This document shows, piece by piece, positions 19,134-27,402 of a stretch of 64,000 nt of DNA. Each line of letters begins with the position of its first letter. Position 1 is the first letter of the stretch. Both the position numbers and the translations under genes were made by a program. Under the pieces are notes generated by a model that searched no databases, was not told the origin of the DNA, and saw only the letters and a program-made list of their open reading frames with translations. Source of the DNA: Clostridia bacterium (GTDB taxonomy: Bacteria; Bacillota; Clostridia; RUG12999); NCBI GenBank assembly GCA_045648785.1, contig JAZROP010000020.1, forward strand, positions 2,968-66,967, given 5' to 3'.

Positions 19134-19425
19134 CAGAGCAAGACAGTTTATGCCTTTTTCGGCGCTTAAAGGATTTCATGAGATGCTTCGGGAAAAAGAG
19201 CGAGTAATTACAGCTAAAAAGGTATTGTCTGAGGATGACTTAAATGAACTTTCGAGCAAGCTTGTACTTGTAAGAAAAGGCATGCTTATAAAAGTGGTAT
19301 ATTTTTATGAGGGGGAATATATTAAGGCGGAAGGAATGGTTGCAAATGTGGATTTTACATTCCGAACACTAACGGTTGTCAAAACAAAGATAAAATTCGA
19401 CGATATTCTTGAAATTTCTTTTTAA
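19126..19425 (+). CDS. YolD-like protein (UmuD-like accessory of Y-family polymerases)
   Basis: The product is 99 aa. It overlaps the polymerase stop by 8 nt, and its sequence fits the PF08863 YolD family. Confidence 0.7.
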   Translation: MSDRARQFMPFSALKGFHEMLREKERVITAKKVLSEDDLNELSSKLVLVRKGMLIKVVYFYEGEYIKAEGMVANVDFTFRTLTVVKTKIKFDDILEISF

Positions 19426-19430
19426 ATGTA

Positions 19431-19459
19431 TTGACAAAATTTGAAAGGGGGAGTATAAT
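19431..19459 (+). promoter_or_regulatory. sigma-A promoter of the metal-resistance operon
   Basis: TTGACA, a 17-nt spacer, then TATAAT. Confidence 0.55.
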
Positions 19460-19497
19460 AGTATTAATATATGAGCAAATGTTCATATATTAATACT
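19460..19497 (+). promoter_or_regulatory. ArsR/SmtB-type operator (18-2-18 imperfect palindrome)
   Basis: AGTATTAATATATGAGCA-AA-TGTTCATATATTAATACT has one mismatch. The core ATATGAGCAAATGTTCATAT resembles CzrA/SmtB/CadC 12-2-12 operators. It starts immediately after the -10 element. Confidence 0.55.
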
Positions 19498-19515
19498 AAA
19501 AGGGGAGAGACAGAT

Positions 19516-19734
19516 ATGAAAAAAACATATAAAATTGAGGTTGATTGTGCTAATTGTGCAAATAAAATGGAGCAGGCGGCGAGTAAAACAGAAGGCGTAT
19601 TAAGTGCTGTTGTAAATTTTATGGCACTTAAAATGACAGTTGAATTTGTGGACGGAGCGGATGCGGATTCTGTTATGAAAAATGTAATAAAAGCTTGTAA
19701 AAAAGTGGAATCTGACTGCGAGATTTATATATAG
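19516..19734 (+). CDS. heavy-metal-associated (HMA) domain metallochaperone, CopZ-like
   Basis: An AAAAGGGGAGAGA RBS precedes the start. The CANC metal-binding motif is present (MKKTYKIEVDCANCANKMEQ). The product is 73 aa from this ATG. The longer start in the track lies inside the operator. Confidence 0.75.
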   Translation: MKKTYKIEVDCANCANKMEQAASKTEGVLSAVVNFMALKMTVEFVDGADADSVMKNVIKACKKVESDCEIYI

Positions 19735-19738
19735 TACT

Positions 19739-21604
19739 ATGAGTAAAAAACAGAAAAAGATGCTAGCGAGGATAATTGCTTCAGCGACAGTTATTCTTAT
19801 TGTTAATATTTTAAAACCGCCGAAACTGCTGAATTTTGCTCTTTTTATGCTGGCTTATTTTATAATTGGTTATGATGTTCTTAAAAAAGGGATAAAGGGC
19901 ATTATAAACAGGCAGGCGTTTGATGAAAATTTTCTTATGGCAATTGCGACGGTTGGTGCGATCATTCTCGGTGAATATACTGAGGCGTCAGCAGTTATGC
20001 TGTTTTATCAGACGGGTGAGCTTTTCCAAAGCTATGCTGTTGGGAAAAGCAGGCGGGCTGTAAGTGAACTGATGGACATCAGACCTGATTATGCAAATAT
20101 CCTAAATGAAAGTGGCGAACTTACAAAAGTGGACCCGGAAGAAGTTGAAACAGGAAGTTATATTGTGGTTTTGCCAGGAGAGAAAATACCCATTGATGGA
20201 ACTGTCGTGGAAGGGAACTCATCCCTTGGCACTGCTGCTTTGACGGGAGAAAGTATCCCGCGAGAGGTGTCTGCGGGCGATGAAGTTTTAAGCGGATTTA
20301 TAAACCTTTCGGGTGTACTTAAAATAAAAACTGTTAAGCAATTTTCGGAATCAACGGTGGCAAAAATACTTGAGCTTGTTGAAAATGCAAGTGCAAGAAA
20401 ATCAAAATCGGAAAAATTTATATCAAAATTTGCTGCAGTTTATACACCGGCAGTGTGTATTGCTGCTTTGGCGATTGCACTTGTTCCGCCTGTGTTTGGT
20501 CAGATTTTCAGCGGTAATGCCATGCTGTCTGTGTGGATATACCGAGCACTCACATTCCTTGTGGTAAGCTGTCCGTGTGCTCTTGTAATAAGCATACCGC
20601 TTACATTTTTTGCGGGGATTGGCGGAGCTGGTAACGCTGGAATACTCATTAAAGGTTCAAATTATATTGAAACGCTTGCAAATGTTAAATATGTGGTTTT
20701 TGACAAAACCGGTACTATGACAAAGGGCGTTTTTAAAGTTAATGCTGTACACCATAATAAGATGTCGGAGGAAAAACTGATTGAGTATGCAGCGCATGCG
20801 GAATGTTTTTCACACCATCCAATAGCAGCTAGCTTAAAAGGTGCTTGCATATCGGAGATTGATGAAAAGCGAGTTGAAAAGGTCCGGGAAATAAGTGGCT
20901 TGGGAATTTCGGCTGAGGTGGACGGAGAAGTAGTTCTTGTCGGAAACAGCAAGCTTATGGAGAAGATGGGAATAACATATAAACCATGTCATCACTATGG
21001 CAGTATAGTCCATGTTGCTATTGACGGGGAATATGCAGGGCATATCGTTATTATTGATGAAATAAAACCTGAATCGGTACAGGCAGTGAAAAACCTTAAA
21101 ACAACAGGAATTTTGAAAACTATAATGCTTACGGGAGATATAAAAGCCACGGGAGAAAAGGTGGCGGAACTTGTTGGAATAGACGAGGTACATGCCGAAC
21201 TTTTGCCGCAGGATAAGGTTGAAAAGCTGGAAAATATAATTTCCCTGACGAAAACCGGAAAGGTTGCATTTGTGGGTGATGGAATAAATGATGCACCGGT
21301 ACTTGCAAGGGCGGACATTGGAATTGCTATGGGGGCGATTGGCTCGGATGCCGCGGTTGAGGCGGCTGATGTGGTCCTCATGGATGATAATCCGCTAAAA
21401 ATTACCAAAGCAGTAAAGGTTGCAAAAAAATGTATTTCCATAGTTCATCAAAATATTGTTTTTGCAATAGGAATTAAGCTGATTTGTCTTGTTTTAAGTG
21501 CTGTTGGTGTTGCAAATATGTGGTTTGCTATTTTTGCAGATGTGGGCGTTATGATAATAGCTGTTTTAAATGCAATCCGTGCGCTAAATGTGAAGAAACT
21601 TTAG
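19739..21604 (+). CDS. cadA: P1B-type heavy-metal-translocating ATPase (Cd/Zn/Pb CadA/ZntA-like)
   Basis: The product is 621 aa. It has the CPC motif in TM6 (VVSCPCALVIS), the DKTGT phosphorylation site, GDGINDAP and TGES. It has no N-terminal HMA domain; a separate chaperone gene lies upstream. Confidence 0.85.
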   Translation: MSKKQKKMLARIIASATVILIVNILKPPKLLNFALFMLAYFIIGYDVLKKGIKGIINRQAFDENFLMAIATVGAIILGEYTEASAVMLFYQTGELFQSYAVGKSRRAVSELMDIRPDYANILNESGELTKVDPEEVETGSYIVVLPGEKIPIDGTVVEGNSSLGTAALTGESIPREVSAGDEVLSGFINLSGVLKIKTVKQFSESTVAKILELVENASARKSKSEKFISKFAAVYTPAVCIAALAIALVPPVFGQIFSGNAMLSVWIYRALTFLVVSCPCALVISIPLTFFAGIGGAGNAGILIKGSNYIETLANVKYVVFDKTGTMTKGVFKVNAVHHNKMSEEKLIEYAAHAECFSHHPIAASLKGACISEIDEKRVEKVREISGLGISAEVDGEVVLVGNSKLMEKMGITYKPCHHYGSIVHVAIDGEYAGHIVIIDEIKPESVQAVKNLKTTGILKTIMLTGDIKATGEKVAELVGIDEVHAELLPQDKVEKLENIISLTKTGKVAFVGDGINDAPVLARADIGIAMGAIGSDAAVEAADVVLMDDNPLKITKAVKVAKKCISIVHQNIVFAIGIKLICLVLSAVGVANMWFAIFADVGVMIIAVLNAIRALNVKKL

Positions 21605-21616
21605 GAGGAAAAGAGA

Positions 21617-21970
21617 ATGAATTACGATGTGTGTGATTCGGTTGAAATACATTCAGAACTTATAAAAATTGTAAATGAGCAGCTTCCTGATGAGGAAAAA
21701 CTTTATGACCTTGCAGAGCTTTTTAAAGTTTTTGGTGACTCCACCAGGATACGGATACTTTTTGTGCTTTCCAGCGCAGAGGTTTGCGTATGTGACCTTG
21801 CAGAGGCACTCCATATGACACAGTCAGCTATTTCACATCAGCTGAAAATTTTAAAGAGTAGTAAGCTTGTGAAGTGTCGAAGAGAAGGAAAATCGGTGTT
21901 TTATTCACTTGCTGACGGGCATGTAGGGACAATAATCAAACAAGGTATGGAACATATTGAAGAAAGTTGA
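21617..21970 (+). CDS. ArsR/SmtB-family metalloregulator (CadC-like)
   Basis: The winged-HTH region has the ELCVCDLA metal-sensing motif plus HQLKILKSSKLV. Confidence 0.8.
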   Translation: MNYDVCDSVEIHSELIKIVNEQLPDEEKLYDLAELFKVFGDSTRIRILFVLSSAEVCVCDLAEALHMTQSAISHQLKILKSSKLVKCRREGKSVFYSLADGHVGTIIKQGMEHIEES

Positions 21971-21979
21971 GGAGAAAAA

Positions 21980-22231
21980 ATGAAATATACTTATAAAACA
22001 AAAGGAACCTGCAGTGCACAGATAAATTTCAATATCGAAGGAGATATTGTGACCGATGTCACATTTATGGGTGGATGTAACGGAAATCTTAAGGCTATTG
22101 CAAAGCTTGTTGACGGCATGACTGTGGCTGAAATTGAAGAAAAACTGCTTGGAAATACTTGTGGATTTAAAAATACATCGTGTGCAGACCAGTTGGCACG
22201 GGCGGTAAGAGAAGCAAAAGAGTCGAAATAA
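21980..22231 (+). CDS. TSCPD-domain small protein (TIGR03905-like)
   Basis: The product is 83 aa with conserved Cys residues (GTCSAQ, GGCNGNL, NTCGF, TSCADQ), typical of the uncharacterised 4-TSCPD family. Confidence 0.7.
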   Translation: MKYTYKTKGTCSAQINFNIEGDIVTDVTFMGGCNGNLKAIAKLVDGMTVAEIEEKLLGNTCGFKNTSCADQLARAVREAKESK

Positions 22232-22264
22232 AAAAGGGGCAAAAAATGCCCCTTTTTATTTTAA
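22232..22264. terminator. bidirectional intrinsic terminator (metal operon / lysR)
   Basis: aaaaaggggc-aaaaaat-gcccctttttatttt has an A-tract upstream and a T-tract downstream. Confidence 0.7.
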
Positions 22265-23143
22265 TGATATTTTGGACAAAAAATCAATAATTGCCTGCAT
22301 CTGGATGGAAAGCCATTTGTCACGATGATACAGAATCTGTTTCCATAACTCAATTTTGAAATCTTCAACAGACAGACGCACCAATTTGCCCGCCTTAACA
22401 GACGGCTCTGTTACATAATCAGGCAGAAAAGATATTCCGGCATTATCTTCTACAAGTTTACAGATTATATCGGCGCTTCCCATTTCAAGTACAGGTGTTA
22501 TTTCAATTGAACGACTAGCAAGCTTTTCATCAAGCAATCGCCGGTAGCTCATACCCTTTTCTGTAAGGAGAAAATTTTCTTTAAGCAAGTGATTTATTGT
22601 AAGGTTTTTCTCAGATGACAGCGGATTTTCAGAGGAACACACAAAATGTACCCCTACAGTTTCCTCGTTTGAGATAACATAGGTAGCATTGTAAATATGA
22701 TTATCCAAAGTACAAACAATGTCTGCTTCATTATGTTCAAGCAGGCGGAACATTTCATTTGTTCCGGCGGTTGTTATTTTAACGGAAATGTGTGGATATA
22801 ACTCGCGGAACTGTGCAAATTTCTGAAGTATGAGCGGGGCGCAAAGGGAGTCTGCCATAGCAAGCCTGATAATGCCAGACGGCTCGGTTACAATATTTTT
22901 AACAGAGGACATCTCCTGTGCCGTACGGCAAATTTTCTGCGCGTAGGCAAGGGTTTTTCGACCGCCGTCCGTCAGTGTTACGGTGTGACCGATACGGTCA
23001 AAAAGCTGAATTCCCAGTTCTGCTTCAAGCTGCTTTATTTGAAATGAAACGGTAGGCTGGGAATAACCAAGCTTATCTGCCGCACGGGTGAAGCTGCTGA
23101 GTTCAGCAACCTGAATAAATGTACTGAGATTGCGCAAATCCAT
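22256..23143 (-). CDS. LysR-family transcriptional regulator
   Basis: The internal ATG at 23143 follows a GGAGGAG RBS. MDLRNLSTFIQVAELSSFTRAADKLGYSQPTVSFQIKQLE is the LysR HTH, and a substrate-binding domain follows. Confidence 0.8.
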   Translation of the reverse strand: MDLRNLSTFIQVAELSSFTRAADKLGYSQPTVSFQIKQLEAELGIQLFDRIGHTVTLTDGGRKTLAYAQKICRTAQEMSSVKNIVTEPSGIIRLAMADSLCAPLILQKFAQFRELYPHISVKITTAGTNEMFRLLEHNEADIVCTLDNHIYNATYVISNEETVGVHFVCSSENPLSSEKNLTINHLLKENFLLTEKGMSYRRLLDEKLASRSIEITPVLEMGSADIICKLVEDNAGISFLPDYVTEPSVKAGKLVRLSVEDFKIELWKQILYHRDKWLSIQMQAIIDFLSKISLK

Positions 23144-23265
23144 ATTAACTCCTCCAGGATAAATAAAATTTATCAAAATTATCGGTTTTATTTGTTTGAC
23201 AAATGTATAGGTGTATTATATAATGAAATTGACAAGAAATCAAGTATTATTTTAGGAGTGGTTGC

Positions 23266-24708
23266 ATGAAATTTTTAACTCAGGTATGGGACACAGTTTT
23301 AGATGCAATAATAACAACTATTAAATTTGTATATGGGCTTATGTGGGGAGACCTTTTTACAATTCCGCTTCCGGGCGGGTCTTCTGTAGGAATATCCCTT
23401 TTGGTGCTTATTCTCATTCCGGCGGGCATTTATTTTACAATTCGTACAAAGGTGCTGCCCATTCGACTTTTTCCGGAAATGCTTCGCATTTCAACGGAAA
23501 AACAGACTAAAAATAAAAAAGGTGCTCTTTCAGGTATGCAGACACTTATTGTTTCTACCGCAACAAGAGTTGGTATGGGAAATATGGTAGGCGTTGTTGC
23601 GGCGGTTTCGGCAGGAGGTGCCGGTGCGGTTTTCTGGATGTGGATTACGGCACTTATAGGGGCGTCAACTGCTTATGTTGAAGCCACTCTTGCGCAGCTA
23701 CACAAGGAGCCAGACCCGCTTTATGGTGGATATCGAGGTGGTCCGGCACATTACATACATGCGTTTTTTGCAAAGAAAAATAATAAACGCAAATCTGTGA
23801 TAGCAATACTCTTTGCACTTTCAGGGCTTCTTTGCTGGTGTGGAGTGAGTCAGGTTATCAGCAACTCTGTTTCGTCAGCTTTTGATAATGCTTTTGGTAT
23901 AGAGCCAATAATTTCAACAGTTATTCTTGTTGCTCTTGCAGCAGTGATTGTACTGAGAAAAAATGCAACAGTTAAGGTGCTTGATATAATGGTGCCGATT
24001 ATGGCGACTCTTTATTTCTTCCTGGCTATAATAATTATCATTAACAATGCCAACCATCTTCCCGCTGTGTTTAAACGAATTTTTGAAGAAGCTTTCGGAC
24101 TCAGACAAATGGTGGCTGGTGGATTTGGTGCTGCGCTGATGAACGGAGTTAAACGAGGCCTTTTCTCAAATGAAGCGGGCTCGGGCTCGGCGCCCTGTGC
24201 GGCTGCAGCGGCAGATGTAAGCCATCCGGCAAAATCGGGACTATTCCAGGCGTTTGGCGTAATAATTGATACAATTGTCATCTGCACATGTACTGCAATG
24301 ATTATGCTTCTTGCTCCGCAGGATTTACTAAGTGGACATGAGGGAATGTCACTGTTGCAGACTGCAATGCATCATCATTTTGGACAGGCGGGTGTAATCT
24401 TTACGGCGATTACCCTGTGGCTCTTCTGTTTTTCTACCTTTATTGGAATACTTTATTATGCACGCTCCAATGTGGCATATATATTCGGTGACACATGGAA
24501 AGCTCAGACCATTTACAAAATTGTAGCGCTTGTGATGCTCTTTATAGGCGGACTTGCGACATATACATTTGTGTGGGATTTGGGAGATATAGGTATAGGT
24601 CTTATGACTGTATTTAACATGATTGTACTTATACCCATGTCGGGAGAGGCTATAAAAGCACTCAATGAATATACTAAACTTATAAAAGAAGAAAAGAAAA
24701 AGAAATAA
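23266..24708 (+). CDS. sodium:alanine (amino acid) symporter, AgcS family
   Basis: The product is 480 aa with the AGCS signature FSNEAGSGSAPCAAAAADVSHPAKSGLFQAFGVIIDT. Confidence 0.85.
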   Translation: MKFLTQVWDTVLDAIITTIKFVYGLMWGDLFTIPLPGGSSVGISLLVLILIPAGIYFTIRTKVLPIRLFPEMLRISTEKQTKNKKGALSGMQTLIVSTATRVGMGNMVGVVAAVSAGGAGAVFWMWITALIGASTAYVEATLAQLHKEPDPLYGGYRGGPAHYIHAFFAKKNNKRKSVIAILFALSGLLCWCGVSQVISNSVSSAFDNAFGIEPIISTVILVALAAVIVLRKNATVKVLDIMVPIMATLYFFLAIIIIINNANHLPAVFKRIFEEAFGLRQMVAGGFGAALMNGVKRGLFSNEAGSGSAPCAAAAADVSHPAKSGLFQAFGVIIDTIVICTCTAMIMLLAPQDLLSGHEGMSLLQTAMHHHFGQAGVIFTAITLWLFCFSTFIGILYYARSNVAYIFGDTWKAQTIYKIVALVMLFIGGLATYTFVWDLGDIGIGLMTVFNMIVLIPMSGEAIKALNEYTKLIKEEKKKK

Positions 24709-24737
24709 AAAAATGACCGCATCTGCGGTCATTTTTT
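24708..24737. terminator. bidirectional intrinsic terminator
   Basis: aaaatgaccgca-tc-tgcggtcatttttt. Confidence 0.7.
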
Positions 24738-25485
24738 ATTGAACATTTTCGTTTAAATATATTTTTGTTGCAATTCTGATGTAGGGGTTTATCCATATAA
24801 AACCAATTCCCAAGGATAATATTCCCAAAACATACCAGCCTGCAAAGCTTAAATAAAGCAGAAGAAGGTCGGATTTTACGCCTTTTGAACACCTGAGGGT
24901 TTTTGCGACAAAGGGCAGGGCATTGGTTACGCTGAATTTATGGTAAACAACAGGAAGAAGAGAATATTTCAGCCGGGTTACGACGATTGACAGGGCATAA
25001 AGAACAATGATTGTCGCACAGAAAAGGAAGTTTATAAATGAAAACCAGTTTGTGCTGAAAAGCGCGAAAACCCTGAAATATACAGTTGTAATTGCCGCAA
25101 AAAAGACGGTATAAAATATAATGGCGAGTGCTATTCTGAAATAAGCAAAAACAGCCGGTTTTATATTTTTATAAAAATGAAACATTTCGTCTGTCTGTGG
25201 TTGAGTTTTTGCCGCCACTCTCATAAAGTAGTAATTTCGCCCCAGGTTTATGGGAGCAATAACAAATAGATATATTAAAATATATGCGGCGGTAAAAATA
25301 AGCATTACAGGTGCAGAAACTGTAGCGGAGCCCGCCTTTGCAAGACAAATGATATAAACCGTTACAAGTGCAAAAATAAGTGCAAATTTTACTATGAAAG
25401 CAATAAATTCAACGCCTGCATTTCTGGCAACATCAAATTTATATGCGGAAAGGGCCCGTTTTTTAATTTCATTAATGTTAACCAC
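24736..25485 (-). CDS. DUF975-family integral membrane protein
   Basis: The product is 249 aa and polytopic. The N-terminal pattern (IKKRALSAYKFDVARNAGVEFI) and the YFMRVA...Q..DEMF region resemble DUF975 proteins. The stop is 3 nt before the rnj start. Confidence 0.45.
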   Translation of the reverse strand: MVNINEIKKRALSAYKFDVARNAGVEFIAFIVKFALIFALVTVYIICLAKAGSATVSAPVMLIFTAAYILIYLFVIAPINLGRNYYFMRVAAKTQPQTDEMFHFYKNIKPAVFAYFRIALAIIFYTVFFAAITTVYFRVFALFSTNWFSFINFLFCATIIVLYALSIVVTRLKYSLLPVVYHKFSVTNALPFVAKTLRCSKGVKSDLLLLYLSFAGWYVLGILSLGIGFIWINPYIRIATKIYLNENVQ

Positions 25486-25487
25486 GG

Positions 25488-27155
25488 TTAAACCTCCACG
25501 ATAACCGGCAAAAGCATAGGACTGCGTTTTGTTCGGGTATAAAGGAAAGATGTGAGTGAATGTTTTACTTTAAGTTTTAGTGTTGACCAATCGTTTATTC
25601 CTGCTGCCTTTGCATCGTTAAAGGCTTTTGTAACCACTTCGCGGATTTCGTCCATAAGCTCTTCTGATTCGCGGACATATACAAATCCGCGAGAAATTAT
25701 ATCTGGTGAAGCAGCAAGGGTTCCGGTTTCGCCGGATATTGAAATTACAATTACAATAAGTCCGTCCTGAGCAAGATGCTGTCTGTCACGGAGCACAATG
25801 TTTCCTACATCACCGACACCAAGCCCGTCAACTAAAATTCTGCCTGAGGGAACGGTACTGACCAGTTTGGCTGAATCGCTGGTGAATTCAAGCATCTGAC
25901 CAATTCCCATAACAAAAATATTTTCAGGATTAACACCCATCTGTTCTCCGAGTCTTGCGTGCTGGATAAGATGACGATATTCGCCGTGCATTGGAATAAA
26001 AAATTTCGGTTTTGTTATTCCAAGAATAATTTTCAGTTCCTCCTGGCAAGCGTGACCGGACACATGAATGGCATTTGAGGATTCATAAATAACCTCAGCG
26101 CCGCGCTTGAAGAGGTCATCCACAACCTTGGAAACGGATGTCTCATTTCCCGGAATGGGGTTTGCGCTGATTACTATCAGGTCACCCTTTACAATTTCAA
26201 CCTTTCTGTGTTCGGAAGTTGACATTCTGGAAAGAGCGCTCATGGGCTCGCCCTGGCTGCCTGTAGTACATATCACAAGTTGATGAGGCTGATATTTTTT
26301 TATATCATCAATTGAGATAAGAGTTCCTTTGGGCATATGAATATATCCTAAAAGGGAAGCTACCTCGACTATATTTTCCATACTGCGGCCGGACAGGGCA
26401 AGCTTCCTGCCGTATTTTACCGCGGAGTTTATAAGCTGCTGAATTCTATGAACATTGGATGCAAAAGTTGCAACAATAATCCTGTTTTTTTTGTAGTTGG
26501 AAAAAATTTCATCAAATGTAATTCCAACCTTGCTTTCGGACAATGTATATCCGGGGTTTTCTACATTTGTACTGTCAGACAAAAGTGCCAGAACACCCTT
26601 TTTACCCAGTTCGCCCAACCGCCCAAGGTCAATCATTGACCCAGATATGGGTGTAGGGTCAATTTTAAAGTCACCGGTGTGAATAACCGTACCGGTTGAG
26701 GTTGTGATTGCAAGCATAACTGCATCGGGAATGCTGTGATTTGAATGAATAAACTCAACAGAGAAGTTACCAATTTTTACCTTATCACCCTGATGAACAC
26801 AGATAAGCTGCGATGTTGATAAGAGCCCGTGTTCTTTGAGTTTGCACTCTACTAGACCTAAAGTCAGTCTTGTGCCGTAAACGGGAACATTTAGCTCTTT
26901 GAGAAGATAGGGCAGGCCGCCGATGTGGTCCTCGTGACCGTGGGTTAAAAGAACCGCACGGACTTTTTGTTTGTTTTTTATAAGATAAGTTATATCAGGG
27001 ATTACGAGGTCAATTCCAAGCATATCATCATCGGGAAAAGCCATACCGCTGTCAACAACCAAAATATCGTTGCCGCATTCGTAAATATACATATTTTTGC
27101 CGATTTCGTTAAGTCCGCCCAATGCAACAACTCTAAGTTTTTGTTTTCGTGCCAA
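25488..27155 (-). CDS. rnj: ribonuclease J
   Basis: The likely start is a TTG at 27155 after GGAGGTG (LARKQKLRVVALGGLNEIGKNMY). It has the metallo-beta-lactamase HGHEDHIGG motif and the beta-CASP and C-terminal domains. Confidence 0.85.
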   Translation of the reverse strand: MARKQKLRVVALGGLNEIGKNMYIYECGNDILVVDSGMAFPDDDMLGIDLVIPDITYLIKNKQKVRAVLLTHGHEDHIGGLPYLLKELNVPVYGTRLTLGLVECKLKEHGLLSTSQLICVHQGDKVKIGNFSVEFIHSNHSIPDAVMLAITTSTGTVIHTGDFKIDPTPISGSMIDLGRLGELGKKGVLALLSDSTNVENPGYTLSESKVGITFDEIFSNYKKNRIIVATFASNVHRIQQLINSAVKYGRKLALSGRSMENIVEVASLLGYIHMPKGTLISIDDIKKYQPHQLVICTTGSQGEPMSALSRMSTSEHRKVEIVKGDLIVISANPIPGNETSVSKVVDDLFKRGAEVIYESSNAIHVSGHACQEELKIILGITKPKFFIPMHGEYRHLIQHARLGEQMGVNPENIFVMGIGQMLEFTSDSAKLVSTVPSGRILVDGLGVGDVGNIVLRDRQHLAQDGLIVIVISISGETGTLAASPDIISRGFVYVRESEELMDEIREVVTKAFNDAKAAGINDWSTLKLKVKHSLTSFLYTRTKRSPMLLPVIVEV

Positions 27156-27402
27156 AAAAAACACCTCCGTTTTCTTTTTGATTATATGATTTACATGGAA
27201 AAATCCATAACAGCTTCTAAGCACATCTAAAATATATTATACCACAAAATATGGAAATAATAAAGCCTTTTTTAAAAAATATTTTAAGACTATATTTTTG
27301 CGAAAAACTCTTGTTTTTTATTGTATTTGTGTTATAATATAATGTAAAAGGGATATTTTGCCTTGTCGCAAAATATCAGGTTATGACGAAAGGTTGTTAC
27401 AG

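Noticed and set aside
19471-19515. ORF-track ATG for the HMA chaperone at 19471
   Set aside because: That ATG lies inside the operator palindrome and has no RBS. The ATG at 19516 has an AAAAGGGGAGAGA RBS and yields the canonical MKKTYKIEVDCANC start.
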